The notes under the pieces are model-generated. The model did not search any database and had not been told where the DNA came from. It worked only from the letters and a program-made list of their open reading frames with translations. A stretch of 64,000 nucleotides of DNA from Sphyrna mokarran (lineage: Eukaryota). Location: NCBI GenBank assembly GCA_024679065.1, contig JAGIQG010000008.1, forward strand, positions 86,552,001-86,616,000, read 5' to 3'. How positions within the stretch are numbered: the first letter of the stretch is position 1; every line of letters begins with the position of its first letter. Below are positions 38,204 through 52,147 of the stretch, one piece after another. The position numbers were made by a program, and so were the translations under genes.

Positions 38204-38527
38204 TTTTCCCAATCAGCAGTTACATTGAGGCTATAAGAATGCAAATATCAGGAATTTTCTCAAAACTGCTCCTAATTCACCACAAATAGAATCATAGAAG
38301 CCTACTGTGCAGAAGGAGCCATTCAGCTCATTAAGCCTGCATCAACTACAATCCCACCGAGGCCCTATCCCCATAACCCCATGCATTTACCCTAACTAGT
38401 CCCCCTGATACTAAGGGGCAATTTAGCAATCCATCTAACAACTTCATTGAAAGTATACAAAAATCATATGACATATGATTTTTCCCAATCAGCAGTTACA
38501 TTGAGGCTATAAGAATGCAAATATCAG
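38204..38527. repeat. Perfect 48-bp direct repeat (38204-38251 and 38480-38527) bracketing a minus-strand SINE tail (~38287-38430)
   Basis: ttttcccaatcagcagttacattgaggctataagaatgcaaatatcag occurs twice, identical. Confidence 0.95.
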
Positions 38528-39409
38528 AGGCTCTGTGACAGTAATTCAGCACTTAAAAATCAATTTTATATTGCAGATTAGTGTTATTGGCATCTTGAGA
38601 ACAATAATTTCTAATTACTGTAACAGAACCTGGAGTGCAATCAACTTTGATCCTGGGTTGCAAAATATTTACAATAAGTATTGGCAAGCAAAGGCAGACT
38701 CTAATCTATAAAAGACATGAGATCTGCTCAATACAGTAATCAGTGGCCTGAATCCAAAGAAAGTACCTGAGTATAAAACTCCAGAAACATACCATTAACT
38801 TTATAAACAAGGTGGTTAGTGACTTTGTAGTGAAAAGAAGATGGTAACTAAATCATTGAATAACTTGTCAGACTTACAAATGGTAGTGAGATTTTTGAGA
38901 TTAGGAAGTGTGCTATTTTCATAATTACCTTGAATAAGGCAAACGTTTGATACGCTACTGAGGCTGGTAGCAGAAGGAAAAGGCATTGAATTACCTATCA
39001 CGGTGATGTTAATGAAGGACAATTTTATGTCATTGATGCATATTAACTAGCACACATATATAGCACAAATTTTATCTGCCACTTGTCTTTCCAAGCCAGG
39101 GTACTTCCTGGATTGTGCTATAGGCTGGAATGAACTTCCTCATTCATGGAGAAATTTTGAATGGAGAAAAACACTGTACAATCATCAACAAACATAAGAT
39201 AACATCATGGATGGCTTTATCTAGCTTCTTCCACAATGTTGCATCAATGCTAGAGAAATATACAATCCTATTGGGAAGGTAAGTGGCAGATACAATTTGT
39301 GTTATACACATGCTAGTTAATGTATCAGTGATATAAGAATATCTCGTCATTTATTAACACCATCATCGCTGAAAATTTGGTGCTTAGTACAGTGAGGTGT
39401 GACTTTATT

Positions 39410-39770
39410 CAAACATCTAAGATCCTGAGGGAGCTTGATTGGGTGGATGGTGAGAAGTTTCACTGGTGGAAGAGACTCAAACAAGGAAACATAGCACAAG
39501 ACGAAGGACAGGTCTTTTAAAATTGAGGTTGCGTAGAAATTTTTTCTCGCAAAGGGTGGTGAATCCCTGGAATTCTCTGCCCTGAATGGTAGTGGAAGAT
39601 GCATCATTTTTTTTAAAGTGGAGGTGAATAAATGTTTGCTAGAACAAGGATTAGAGGGCAATGGTACAGAAAATGAGTTGAGGCTGACATAGAGCAGCCT
39701 AGATCATATTGAATGGTGGGGAATTGAAGGGCATGGTGCTTTTCTCCTGCTTCTATTTCTTATACTCTTC
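39410..39770 (+). mobile_element. Degenerate CR1 3' end
   Basis: agggtggtgaatccctggaattctctgccc...gatcatattgaatggtggg...ctcctgcttctatttcttat. Confidence 0.8.
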
Positions 39771-41524
39771 TGTATATAAATGGTGTCTTGATGTTCCTAC
39801 TCAAAAAGACAGATGCATGCTTGTAATGGATGGCCTCTTTGGTATCATCTGGTGTGCAGTTACTCATGGCAAAATCTTCAGATGGAATTATTATTTGGCA
39901 GAGTGGAGCACTGACAGGAGATACAAGAGTGGCTTTGTCCACCTTGTTGTAAGACTCTTAAAAAAATGTTCCTCAGTCAGAACCCACTGCATTAGCAACC
40001 TAAGTTTTCAGAAGATCAGGGCACCATTTTTAAGGGTGTCCCAGTTTTTAAAAATACAATGAACACCCGCCGATCCCATGCAAACCCTGGCCCATGCAAC
40101 TCACTACCAGTCCCCCTTGCCCCATCAATACCATCAACTCAGAACTCCCCCACCCCTGCAAGCCATGGAACCACCCTTTATGGAATATTGACCCACCACA
40201 GAATACCCACCCCCACGCAACATCACCTCCCAAGCAACCCCCACCACCATGAAACTCACTTCTGCCACCATCAAGGAATAACCACCCCCTCATTCCCATG
40301 AAACTCCATCCACCTACTTCTTGGAACATCTGTCTCCATGGAACACCACTGTGGCACTACTCTCTGCACTATCCCCTAGCACTGCCCCAGAGGACCTTCA
40401 CTAGGGGCCTTGGCTACCCATTGTTGCCATGGTTGATAACTTGCATAGAAGCAATAGTTAGATTTCATGGTGTTCAAAGCCTACTGGATAATATAACTGA
40501 AGTTTTCAAGCTTCAGAGTATTCTTTATAAAGCAGAGCAAATTGTTATATTAAGAATTGTGTTTAAGGTAACATGAATATGAAGTTGGTGAAAATGTGAT
40601 ACAAACTTTTGAAACCAATTGATCCTAATCATTTTTGCTGGCAATGTCACAGTAATCAAGACCTGATTTCCTGGTTTTGCAGAGTTCACAGCTCACGTAC
40701 AGATGACTCACATGCAAACATGATTTTGCTAGTGAGAAAAGATTGCTTTGAGTGCTATCATGCCCAGTAGGCCACAGATTTGGAAGTAGAAGAACTTTAT
40801 GGTTAAGAGTTATTACTTCCTTGTTATATTATTCTTACCATTAATCATATTACATCTGGCAAATTTCAGTTTATTGTTTTCTGTGGCTAACTAATGTACC
40901 ATTTTCTCATTAGATGCTAGGGGGCATCAAGTCTATGCTTTAACTTTGACAGACATATCAGTTTCCCTACAGATCCATGGAATCATATACTGGATTTCTG
41001 GGGCTTGATGTTCCTTACGAGAGATGTGCCACACACATGAAAAGTTATTCACTCAATAGGGAACTTATTGCAACCACTAGCATAAAACTATAGTGGGCAA
41101 TGCCAGGTTCATTTGCAATTTACCTATTTTCTTCATATTCTGGCGATTAAAAATCCCACCATTATTTGAGGGTGTGCATATTACATTGTGCTGCCAGTTA
41201 AGGGATCTTGGCTATCCATTGTTGCCATGGATGAAGACTGGGGGATACCTGCAGAGGACATCATTGAGATTCCCATTCAGAGATTTTAACCACAGGGGGC
41301 AACAGGAAACACAGTTGTAGTGTGGTACCTTATTGAACTAATTTATTTTGGAAAATAAATCAGCCATTCCTGCCCTACATGTGCTGTCAGTTCCCCGCAA
41401 ACATAGTTGTCTCTTAACTGTTCCTTGAAGTTGCCCATCCTTAGTTTGATTAAACTGTCCAGCACTTTATCAATGATGGTCATACTTTGAGAATAAGTAT
41501 ATATTAATACAGAAACCACATCTG

Positions 41525-41625
41525 CTTTGACAAAGGGTCATCTGGACTTGAAATGTTAACTCTTTTCTCTCCCTACAGATGCTGCCAGATCTGCTGAGAT
41601 TTTCCAGTATTTTCTCTTTTGTAAC
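41525..41625 (+). mobile_element. Penelope-like terminal fragment with decayed hammerhead core
   Basis: ttgacaaagggtcatctggacttgaaatgtt (decayed CUGANGA..GAAAC) followed by ctcttttctctccctacagatgctgccagatctgctgag. Confidence 0.6.
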
Positions 41626-43699
41626 CACATTTGGATTCAGTCTAACAATCTAATTCAGTCTCTTCATCTTGACCTGCTTGTACAACTAGAAACCGTTTAG
41701 ACATCTAGCAAACAAAACTCACACTGCAACTAATTCACCACCCTGAAAACTTTAGTCTTTTATCAATAAGTTGAATTTAAACATGCCATTGATTACGTCA
41801 CAATTTGTCTGTGTCGATTTCTTTTTCTTCCTATCTAGAGGCCTGCGACTTTTGAGATCAGTAAATTATGCAGTGTTTCAGGTTCATTTTCAGTAAATAA
41901 GGAAAATGGCTAGGTACTGTGTAACTGGAACAACCTAGAGGAATTGGAATCACACGCATTAATTCTTGCAATGTCCCCCTTTTACTAATGCCGTTTGATG
42001 CCTGACGGTTGTTGGAGTTCAGAATGGGTGTAAGGATGAGCAATGAAATTGCAATTTACCCCCCATTTTGAGCCAAATCCTAGATGAGCATCTCCATGGA
42101 GGAGGCTACACTTTATAAGATGGTCTGTATGAGAATTCAAGAGTTAATCTTGGCAGGAATTAGTGTTGGTGGGTTTGAAAGGAATGGGAGAGGATTCAAA
42201 CCCATTTCGGTGGTCAGCAGGAAGTGGAGCTGCATTATGTCAGCTACAGTCACTGGGGAAGCTGATATGTTCGAGAGCTGCCAGTCAACCACGTCAGCAG
42301 CTCAGCAACCTCACCACCCAGGAGTGGTAACTACTGCTGAGGATGCATCTGGAGGAAAGGATGCAAGCTGTGGTGGAATAATGGGTTGGAGTTGTTGGTG
42401 AGAGCAGGTGACACTGTTGTTATGATGGGATGACCATTGCCGCTGGGAAGTGCCTGCAAGGACCAAATATTTCTCCAAAATGGAGGTCCCATATGGAAGT
42501 AGCAAGGATATATCTGGAAGTTTCCCTCAGCCATTGGTTAAATGCCTGTAGGTAAGGGAAGAGGTCCTTAGTTGGCCATTTACATTGTTCAGTTGGTCTT
42601 TGGTCACCTACTTTGCTGACTGGATGGCAGAAAGATGACATGCTCTCCACCAGAAACTTTCCCACACCGTTTAACATATCATCCCATCTCCCAGCCCATC
42701 ACAGGAGGGCAAGTAAAATCCATTCCAAACTCAAACTGGTAAAAAAGGCTGGAATTTATGGGCCTCATTTCAATACATGTAAATGTCATTATTAGACCTT
42801 TACACCTGATAGTCTGCCCACATTAAATTGATCTGCTCCAAATATTTCAATCTATCTCCCATTGAATCTTTTGTGAAGAACCAGCTCTTCAGGAAGTAAA
42901 TGCTACAGGCTTGTTTGAAGTGATGCTTAAGGCCAAATTTGTGTCTTCATTTAGTGGCCCTGTCGTACAGGTCAATAATTGTCCCAGCAGGAGCTGTTAG
43001 GGAAGTGGAACAAGAGGGCAATTAAGTTGAAGTAGTAATAAAATAAAAAAGTTCTCAACTCAATCTTATCCCCTTTTGTATTGCTTTTCTTCCTACATTT
43101 TGAGTGGGATAGTGAAAGTAGATCTTAATGTTTCATTTCATTTTACAGAAAGAAATGCTGACAGTCTTGCAGGAGATCAATAGTTAGATTCCATAATGTT
43201 CAAAGTCTATTTGATAATCCAACTGGAGTTTTCAAGCTATAGATGTAAGAGTTTCCTTTGGAAAGTGGAGCAAATTGTTATACTATGAATTATGCTTTAG
43301 GTGACATGCTCATAAAATTAAATGAAAATGGGCTATCGAAACCTCAAGTTTGATATCATATCTATGTGAAATGTGCTCTTTAGAAGGGGAAATATATTGC
43401 CCTTGTTTTCTTTCTTTCTAAAATCTCTAAGTAAGTCAGGATAATACTGAAACTAATGCAAGACCTAAAATTGTTTCCCTGACAAAAGTTAAATTTCCTC
43501 TCACTGCCACCACTAGGACCAATGTGGTGAGGCACAGATTCCTAGGCCATTTTCTTTTCTTATCCATCTCTGCTCCTGGCACTCCAGTGAAATTTAGCAG
43601 TAAGCCTGGAATCAATGCAGTAATGGCATGGAGCAAGAGACTCAAAAGATGTCTTCCTTTGAAAGATTGCCTGCCAGCTGGAAGTCTCAATCCCATCAG

Positions 43700-44730
43700 A
43701 AATGTGGGGCCCCATTCTCACATTGCAACTCGCAAATCTCCTGGCATCTCGGGTTCAGAGATGCATGTGTTAGCCACTTTGCAGGTTCACCATGAGCTTT
43801 TATGATCCATGCGCATCTCCCAACTGGAAGAAAATGGCACCATCGGGAACGCACGGAAGTCCAGCGGGAAGTGTGGTAAGTAATTTGAATATGTTTTAAA
43901 TGTCATTTCAATGTGATTATCTATTTTGTGCCAGCCCCAATGGCATTTCCCACCCTGCCAGGTGGGATTTAGAGTAGCTCCCCACATTCTGGAAACTAGC
44001 AGAAGACACCAATGAGTGAAGGGGGGGGTGGCAATCAGGGCCTCCCAGTGGGTCAGACAGTGGGGTGTGGTGTTCCCTGGATGGGTACCCTGGCAGTGCC
44101 AGCCTGTGCCCCCAGCACTGTCTAAGAAGCACAATACTCAGGGGGCACCTTGGCGCTGCCCTTTAGGTTATTGTGGATGGGGCTTAGGGGCAATTGGCAG
44201 GGGTGGGGTGGTCCCACTGCCATTCTGCATGGGGATCAGTCTGGACTGGAAGGAGGCCAATGATATGGACAGGCTTGGGGCAGGGTGGTCTGCTGGAAGA
44301 GGGCTGTCTCCCAGGGCGTCTGACCCAGGGTTTCAATGGGGGAGGGGGTCTGCTGAGGTGACGGTGGTAGGGAGATTGCCACTGTTGGTGGGAATGGACT
44401 GGACATCAGGGGAGCTCCAGAGAGTCAGGCCTGGCCCGGGAATTACTGTGGAAGCCGCTATCTGACCATGGAGAGGGGAGGCTGGAGCAGCAGCACTGTG
44501 GGGCTCCTGGGTGAGCCAGCGATCGAGCTGCCCAGCAAACGGGGAGACTGACAGATTGGAGCAGCTGTGCATATGCAGAGTCTAAAAATGTCAGGCTCTG
44601 ACGTGAATAGGCCCTTCCCGCCTTGTGTTTTTAATGATATTCCTGATTGTGACCTTTCCATTGCACAGAGTGGGGAGATTCGAGTGTAAAGCTGATAAAA
44701 CCATGATCTAGACCAGTTTTCCCACCAATT
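43700..44730. mobile_element. GC-rich, probably non-autonomous DNA-transposon-derived segment
   Basis: Abrupt GC-rich block with G-run-rich interior, similar in composition to the interior of the 1843-2599 MITE; ends not resolved. Confidence 0.35.
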
Positions 44731-47329
44731 TTACATTTTTGGGAGACCACCTCTGCAATTGCTGCAATTCTTAGGGTCTTGCAACCTCTTTAATCTTGCC
44801 TTCTCCCTATGGTGCTGAGATATGATTCACTTTCACTTGGGCCACTGACAGTCTGGTAGTGATCTAGTCAAAAATAAAATCTGTCACCTGGAGTTCATAA
44901 TGTCTCCCTGAAATTAAAACAAGTTTATAGCTCAGGGCAAATAGATCAAAGTCCTTCTTCACATTTCCCTTTCAGCATGTGAAGTAAATTATAGCTAATT
45001 ATATCTTCCTAACATGAATAAAAGTTAAACACACCAAGTTAATTAATGCAGGAAACATTAATATAATGTTTTCACTTATCTAAATTAAATGGATTAATCA
45101 TTTTTATTGGGTCCATAACTTAAAGATAAGATGATGATTTCCTCCCAAGTTTTCTTTTACTTTCTGATAAATTTTGCTTTATCACAGGAGAATGAATTAC
45201 ATTTCTAATAACTTGTCTGGTAATAAATGTATCAGTATTATTTCCTCAACCTACACAAAGCTTACCAAGGTTCCAGGAATCCGTAATGTTGCATTGTAAC
45301 CACCCTGAGCCAAGGGATATGGTCAGAAGTTGACCTAAGGTAGGAGTTTTGTATATAAAGTCCTAGACATTCAGAATGCGTTGACATGATCACATATAGA
45401 TATTCTCAGAATGCGAGTGATGAATTCAAAAATAACGATGCCATTCCTGGATAGATATATTCCTGGAGGTTTTGTCACATGACCTCCTTTCTCCAGCTGC
45501 TCTGTCTCTGTGCTCCTGCCATTGATTGCCCAGCACATCCATGCTAACGCTACCTGCATTCCCAATGCCAATTGAAAGTACAACCATTCATTATTCAATT
45601 GAATCATACTTAAACCTCATTCAAGCAATTTTTCGTTCATCTTCAATATTCTTCTAATTAAAAGAAACAGAAAAGCTAAAATGAAAAAAAACCTCACACA
45701 AACGACTTTCATATAATGCCCCTATGGCTTTTCTTCCAGATTGTTTCAGTATTGTCCTGGAGATTAATCTTGAGTTCCCAGAAATTCCTGATTAATCCTG
45801 AAAGGTTAGCAAGGTGTTTAACTAACTCTAGAACATTGAAAATGATTGATCATGTAAGTAGCAGGAAATCTATTGCATAAATTTATAAACATTGCCTTTT
45901 GCTGTAAATGTTCAAAAACTTCTGAAATACTCTTGGATTTACAATAGACTAAAATGGGTGATTTTTATTTTATCTTACCGCTATAATGATGCCACATCAA
46001 ACAGACAACAACTGTACATGGTACTAATCATAAAGGAATTGGTTACCAAGTTTCAATGCCAATCTCTAGAGCCAGCATTTGAATAAAATTTGCCTGATTT
46101 GGGTGAGATCTTGCCAGATTTCAATCCCTGCTTATCCTATCCAGTATATAACTTTAATTGTTTAAAATACAAATCACAATTATAATGCAATTTTAAATTG
46201 GCAGAATTTTCAATAGCCTTAAAAAATCATAATTTATTGTAAAGAATAACTGATTCTAATGTTTGATCAATAATTTCATGTATGCTAAGAGATGTATAAA
46301 TGTTTCTTTACTATACCACAAATGCTAATGCAAATTACTGAGAATTAAGATAAAAATATATATGTAAAATGTCACCACTATTTTAATTCAGCTTTATTTA
46401 TGCTTTGCTAAACACAAAAGCTGGTACCAAGGAGAAGAGATTGAGGCTCTAAAGCCAGCCACAAAGAATCAAGAAAGAATATGTTGATTATCATCTCAGC
46501 TGCATACTAGTTTGTCAGCAATAGCTTAAAAAACAGATCCTATTTCTGTTTTCTAATGCTTATTCTTTCATCTTTAATATTTAATGGGCAGCTTCCTACA
46601 AATGCAGCTTGAATACATTCCACTCCAGATGTTCACATGCCTGCAAAGCAATACCTTTTATTTTACTTTATACCCAGAGACCTTTCTGATCCATGCATTC
46701 ATTTGTACTCCTAGTCTATCTGCCTTTAGTGGGGCATATCTTATCTGTTAACTTACCCAGTGCAATTGCTTCCTGCCTAATATATGCTAAAAGAAAGACT
46801 TGGTCAAGGAGAGCGCAAAAGAGCAGCTAGTAACAAAGAAGGGTCAGCCACTGTGGGGAAGATAAAGTGCAGGAGGAGAGAAGTAATGATGGAGTATTGT
46901 GAAAAGAATAAACTGAAAGTAAAGGAGAAAACTGAGAAAGACAAAAATTGAAGGGAACGCAAAAGTGGAGAGTCAAGGACTGAGCAGTGATGCAAAAATG
47001 AGAAGCAGATGGGATGAAAGACAAGAGAGGAATGGGGGAAGAGGCAAAAGCAGATAAGATTGAGGAAATAAAGGTTTTCTTGCAGAGTTACTGGTACCAC
47101 AATGCATAGTGAGAGAAACTGTGCATTTTTATGTGCTCAATCCCAAAAGTCAAACATAGACAAACATAGACGAAGTGAGGGAGAGGAAATATTCTTGACA
47201 TTAATGTATTATTTGATAAAATGTAGCATCAAGGAGCTCTAGCAAAATTGAAAGCAATGAGAATCATGGGTGAAATATTACATTGTTTGTAATTATAGCA
47301 AGACCAAAGCAAGGTGGTTATTGTTTTTC

Positions 47330-47970
47330 TTTACTTATTTATGGGATGTGGGTGTTGCTGGCTAGATCAGCATTTACTGACCATCCCTAGTTGCCTTTGA
47401 GAAGGTAGTGGTGAGCTGCCTTCTTGAACCGCTGCAGTCCCTGAGATATGGGTGCATCCACAGTGCTGTTGGGGTGAAGGGTTCCAGGATTTTGATCCAG
47501 TAGTAATGAAGGAATGACTATATATTTCCAAATCAGGATGATGAATGACGTGGAGGGGAACCTCAAGGTGGTGATATTCCCAAGTATCTACTGCTGTTAT
47601 CCTTATAGATGGTTATGGTTCTGGGAGGTGCTACCTTCCAGATTGATAAGTTCCTGCAGTGCATTTTGTAGATGGTACATGCAGCTGCCACAGGTTATTG
47701 GTAGTAGAGGGATTGAATTTTTGCAGAAGGAGTGGCAATCAAATGGGCTTTTTTGTCCTGGATGGTGTCAAGCTTCTTGAGTGTTAGAACTGCACTCATC
47801 CAGGTAAGTGGAGAATATTCCATTACACTCTTGACTTGTGCCTTGTAGCTTGCGGATAGGCTTTGGGGAATCAGGAGATGAGCTATTCACTGTAGGATTC
47901 CTAGCATTTAACCTGCTCTTGTATCCATAGTATTTACATAGCTATGCCTGTTCAAATTCTGGTCAATATG
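47330..47970 (-). mobile_element. CR1/L2-group LINE 3' portion
   Basis: gggatgtgggtgttgctggctagatcagcatttactgaccatccctagttgcctttgagaagg...ttgacttgtgccttgtag; homologous to 58095-58700. Confidence 0.8.
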
Positions 47971-48553
47971 CACTCATTTCAGGGAGCCTATTTTCCGTTT
48001 AGGGTGCAAGTAAGTGTGGTGCTTACTCTTACCTTTCCGGGTCTCCACCGTCAAATTGCCCTGCACCAAAATCCAATTCCAAATCTCCCCAAGACATTTG
48101 GGCCAGAGCATCCACGCACTACCTGGGAGAGGGCTGCTCCCCAGGAGCCAGGACATTATTACGGCAATCCAGGAAAAATGAAATGGCCACCAACAACAAG
48201 GAATAAATGATGATGACAATAAAACATCTGATTTGGAGCAGCTTCATGGTATTTGCTGTTTTTGCCTCCCTCTCATCTTTATTCTCCCTTTTTCCAAATA
48301 TCTTTTTTGCTCTCTTTGTTGCCTTGCGTGTGCATGTGTGTGAGTTGTGTGTGAAGGAACACTCGTCACAGATCCATTTGCATTTGCTTATTGGCAACAA
48401 GATGTTTGTACACCAACACAGTGGGAAGCAGATCTCATTCTGTTGGCCGTCATCTGAATCAACACATCATGAAAAAGCCACCCAGAGATTTCACAATAAA
48501 AACAGTGTGTGTGAGTTAAGGATAGAAGGTTGAGAGAAATGTAGGTGACTGAA

Positions 48554-48601
48554 TGTGTGTGTGTGTGTGTGTGTGTTGGGGGGGGGGGGGGGGGGGGGGG
48601 G
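48554..48601. repeat. (TG)n microsatellite joined to a G24 homopolymer
   Basis: TG repeats 48554-48576, G run 48578-48601. Confidence 0.95.
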
Positions 48602-49679
48602 AGGTGGCTGTGGGAGGGGTGGTGTGGGTGAGGGGGGCAGAGATTGAGAGAAGAATGTGTGTGAGTGATTGAAGAGAGTAGTCTGGTCCCTTGAGTCTAT
48701 ATTAAATTCAAAGTCTGCAGCAATATTATTGAACTGAGAGAGGGACAGAAGTATTAGTTACAACAGACAAACATCCTCCTGATTGGCTATGATTTAGGTG
48801 TATGCTTGCTTTGAAAGTGTGATTCTCTTAGCTCTGGCAGGCTGTGGCTGGAAAGAGCTTTTAGTTTTTTTTAGTGAGGATCCTGCAGTCCTTCCACTGC
48901 TGATTCTTCTCTCTGAGGATGTGATTGAACTGTGTCCAACTGCTATTGGAACAATTTGCATCTGCAGTGTCGGGAACCACAATGAAATGCTGGCTATTCT
49001 TGCTGCTGTTGGCCAGTGTTGTGTTCATCACGGAAACCAGGAACAGTTTCTTTTCACTCTGATCCAGCTCCCTTCCACTGGAGCTCAGTCACTCTCACTC
49101 ATTGCTCTCTCTCCCCTCACACTGTTTGTACTTTTTAATCATTGAAATTCCCGTCTTCTGGTTGTATTTCCATGGTCTCTGAACATTCTTCATCCCCTCT
49201 GTCTCCCCTTCCAAAACTCCATTCTGGAACTGGTTTCTGCTCGTCACTTCACAAGTGCTCATTTCACTGAAACTAAGGAGCCTTGTCCCAGAGAGGGAAC
49301 TGCTATATAATCACCAACTTTTATTTATTTCCCCTTCTCAATGACCTTACAGACTTCAATATTCCAAGCACTGGTAATGGGTTAAGTTGCGCTGTTAAAT
49401 TTGAGATTGAGAGTTATACATTCAATCAGTTGTTGCTGCAACAGAAATGGGGGATTAAATGTATTACTTATAGAGAAATATACACGAGTGAATCTATGAA
49501 AGAGGTTGAAGGAGTGAGTGATGTGACAGAATATGTATGTGAGTGAGGGAGAGAAATTCAGATGATTGTGTGTGTGAGGGAGAGTTTGAGCATGTGTATG
49601 CAAGATATTAAAGTGTATGAGTGACTGAGATTGTGCACAAAGGCTCATTTGAAATGCAAACATAATTGGGCAGAAGAGC

Positions 49680-49980
49680 ATCACTCATTAGGGAGGGGAT
49701 CCAGAAATGAAGATGAGTATGGGAGCCCATGAAGTGCTATTGTCTTCAGTGTCTGAGGAATCATGCAGTCATCAGCAAATAACACCATTCTCACCTTATT
49801 GTGGAAGGAAGGGCATTGATGAAACTGTTGAAGTTGATTGGGCCTAGGACATCACCCTGAGGAAGTTCTGCAGTGACATTCTTGAGCTGAGATGACTGAC
49901 TGCCAATCACTACAACCATTATCCTTTATGCCAGATATGACTCAAACCAGTACAAGATTTCACCCCTGATTCCCATGACC
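49680..49980 (-). mobile_element. CR1/L2-group LINE RT fragment
   Basis: ggaaggaagggcattgatgaaactgttgaag...gggcctaggacatcaccctgagg = reverse of PQG.VLGP...FINALPS. Confidence 0.75.
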
Positions 49981-50276
49981 CCTCCCCATGGCACCATCTG
50001 TCATTTTTTTATTCTGATTTGCTTTCGATGTGCAATTACATTTGTCCTCCTATTAAGTCATTCTATATCTTACCTTTATACTATTTTGGTACTTCTTTAG
50101 TCCTTAATACCATCAATAACACTCCCTTCGTCCTGTATTTATGGTATCTTTGTCAATCTCCCCTTAACTCTGGTTTATACCTGATTTTTATTCTGCAACT
50201 ATCATTTATTGCTCTCTCAGCCAAACTATGAGAAAACATAGATTCTGCAATCGTACAGTGCACTGATTTGCAAAGT

Positions 50277-50378
50277 ACGGTAAGAAGTCTCACAACGCCA
50301 GATTAAAGTCCAATAAGTTTGTTTGGTAGCGAAAGCCACTAGCTTTCAGAGCGCGGCTCCTTTGTCAGATGAGTGGGA
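50277..50378 (-). mobile_element. Penelope-like pLTR with near-intact hammerhead motif
   Basis: Minus strand reads CAU CUGACAA A GGAGC CGC GCUCU GAAA GCUA GUG, then accaaacaaacttattggactttaatctggcgttgtgagacttctta. Confidence 0.7.
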
Positions 50379-52013
50379 CACATAACACACCTATGCTCCC
50401 TAATTCTTATTCAGTGCTCCCATAATCTGTCAGCTACCTTTGACAATACCAAAATGTATTCCAGTTGGAGTCTTTTTGCATTTTCTGCCTTGCTTCATAA
50501 GGCAGCACCCTTCCAGGCCAAATGTGCCTGTACAATCATATTCTAGTCCATATTATATTTTTCAAGGCTAGCTTGTTTCAACTAGTTTCATACTTGTATC
50601 CCTCTTGTTCCCAACCTCTCCAGTGTATCTAAACTCATCTCTGACTAATTACATATCCCAGTGTTTCCCAGTTCTCCTTGAACCTTAGCTTCCCAATGCT
50701 TGCCAATTCTCCTTCAACACCAGTTTCCCAGGTCCCCTTAGTTTTAAAATTCCCTCTTAAATGTTTCCAACCTTTTGAATACTCCCACTTATCCATCTTT
50801 CTGAAGCCTCATATCTGGTCTTGAGAATTTTCCCATGGCTGACTCCCCACATCAAGACTTTGAGACTTTCCAAAGTCATGACACTATTAAACTATTCCTA
50901 GACCACAGACAACGATCTAGCCGAATTTTCCCAGATCCCAAGTTCAATGCTTGCCCACTCTGTCTTAAGACAAGATCCCCTCTTCCTGCTGTCTCCTATG
51001 CGAACGTCCAATCATTTGATTCCTTTTAGAGTCTTGTTTCCCAGCTCCTTCTCAGCAAAGGTTCAGCACATCTTCAATGGATTGTCTCCAACCCAATCTG
51101 AGCTGCACTTGTATTGTCCTTTCAAAGAGGTTCTTTTTAAAGCGCTGTCAGCAAACCAACGCGAGAAAGGACATTGAGATCTTCGACAAATACAAGAGAG
51201 ACAGGTGACTGCAGGCAGAGCGAAACCGAAACAAATAGACTCAGGAATAAAAAAAGGGATTACCAGGAAGAGAAAATACGAGATCAGCATCACCATTGGA
51301 CAGGGGTGAGAGAGAGGGGACGAACCTAAAAGACGAGGCAAACATAGAGTGCAAGATAAACAGAAATAGTCCCTGGAATATTTTATGTTCAAGAGATCAC
51401 TGATGTGGGACTTTGTTTAAGGCACTTAAAATGCTATATTTATGATAATAAGCAAAGGCATGTTTGGAAAGTTTCTAATAACGGGACTTTGAGAATATAC
51501 ACTGTGAGGTTGGATTGCTCCTGATTGATGCTAAAGCAAGGTAAACTTAATCGTAGTTATTTTGTATCCGAACGTGTTTACGTCAACCTTTCATTAAGAG
51601 TTGATTAAAGTATGTCAAATAAAAAGCAATGAAACAAAAATAAGGCTTTGCAAAGGTCAAATCATTATCTACCCCATTAATGATGTTTCTGTAATGATGC
51701 ATTTGGGAAAAGTTCTAAATATTTGATCTGCCGACAGTTGGCTGTTTAATAAAGGGGCAATTGGATCGACTCGGGTCTGCTGCTAGCTTGGGGTTGCGGG
51801 TGCTCTTTCTGAACGCCTGGCATACCTGCTCCGGTGTCGGGCTAGTTTTCCGATTATTTGTCCTCTGATTGTTACAATGCTCACTTTTCATTCGCATTGA
51901 AGCGAAAACAACGCACACTCGATAAACAAGTATGACATCAGATTGCCTAACCCCAGGGTAGTCGGGGTTTTAAAAAACGTCTTCATCTGCTTCGTAGCTT
52001 CCGCCAAATGACT

Positions 52014-52034
52014 GCCAGCACCATGGATAGCGCC
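52014..52034 (+). promoter_or_regulatory. RE1/NRSE (REST-binding) site
   Basis: GCCAGCACCATGGATAGCGCC vs consensus TTCAGCACCACGGACAGCGCC, 17/21 with canonical 2-nt spacer. Confidence 0.8.
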
Positions 52035-52147
52035 CAAGCCGCACGCTGCTCCACATATTAAATCATCCTCCCTACATTGTTTCATATTCAGCGGCCAGGG
52101 GTGAAAGTATAATGCGGCTCGACACGGATAAGGCATCTATTTCTTAG

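Noticed and set aside
44016-44465. 149-aa Gly/Trp-rich ORF
   Set aside because: Lies in a GC-rich repeat-like block; no recognisable domain or splice structure
51283-51306. Possible spaced RE1 (ATCAGCATC-6 nt-GGACAGGGG)
   Set aside because: Both half-sites are imperfect and the spacer is non-canonical; too weak without a matrix score
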